Shown: one piece after another, positions 41,264-41,345 of the stretch
Layout of the letters: every line of letters starts with the position of its first letter
How positions within the stretch are numbered: the stretch's first letter is position 1
IMG/VR virus record: IMGVR_UViG_3300012943_000044
Coordinates: 1 to 41,345 of that record
Source: a virus
Lineage: Duplodnaviria > Caudoviricetes
DNA length: 41,345 nucleotides
Direction: 5' to 3' (one strand)
Program-made: the position numbers and the translations under genes
Notes under the pieces: generated by a model
Databases searched by the model: none
What the model saw: only the letters and a program-made list of their open reading frames with translations
Told to the model about the DNA's origin: nothing

Positions 41264-41345
41264 TCTCGGTCACCTCACTCAGGGCGGCAAGCAGCACCCA
41301 TGACTACGGAATGTGACGTGAGCGTCCGGGGAGAGGAACGCCGCA

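Larger units (their letters stand above)
1..41345 (-). mobile_element. Temperate actinobacterial siphovirus genome, apparently end to end (probable cos-type termini)
   Basis: Complete terminase-head-tail-lysis-integration-early-replication order on the - strand. TerS starts about 80 nt from one end and a small HNH stops 75 nt from the other, the usual cos-phage layout. No host genes seen. Confidence 0.93.

Noticed and set aside
1-41345. CRISPR array, DGR/retron reverse transcriptase, tRNA genes
   Set aside because: No regularly spaced repeats with spacers, no RT motif in a credible ORF and no cloverleaf found by eye; dedicated scans were not run.

Overview
The window looks like an essentially complete, very GC-rich temperate siphovirus genome from an actinobacterial host (inferred from gene content; a filamentous actinomycete is likely but unproven), written in reverse orientation so most genes are on the - strand. 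From the right end: terminase small and large subunits, an antisense HNH cassette, portal, a Mu-gpI-like protease/scaffold with an unexplained 241-aa N-terminal extension, decoration protein and major capsid. Then a neck/appendage block (second HNH, beta-helix protein, DUF4082-like repeat fibre), tail genes with a GGGAAAA frameshift chaperone, tape measure with a C-terminal peptidase motif, amidase endolysin and holin-like genes. The centre is an accessory/lysogeny island: sortase-anchored surface protein, membrane protein, short tyrosine integrase facing a catalytically dead serine-resolvase-like mini-protein, and a repressor/Cro switch with four palindromic operators. The early operon has RecE/RecT-like genes, many Cys-rich microproteins, structured non-coding segments, a GIY-YIG nuclease, a replication initiator with internal repeats, HTH proteins, a probable late activator and a terminal HNH. 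The most unusual items are the cargo-protease-scaffold ORF, the integrase/dead-resolvase/long-tailed-repressor module, and a structured early RNA segment with three anti-Shine-Dalgarno 9-mers. All assignments come from reading motifs by eye; no searches were run.
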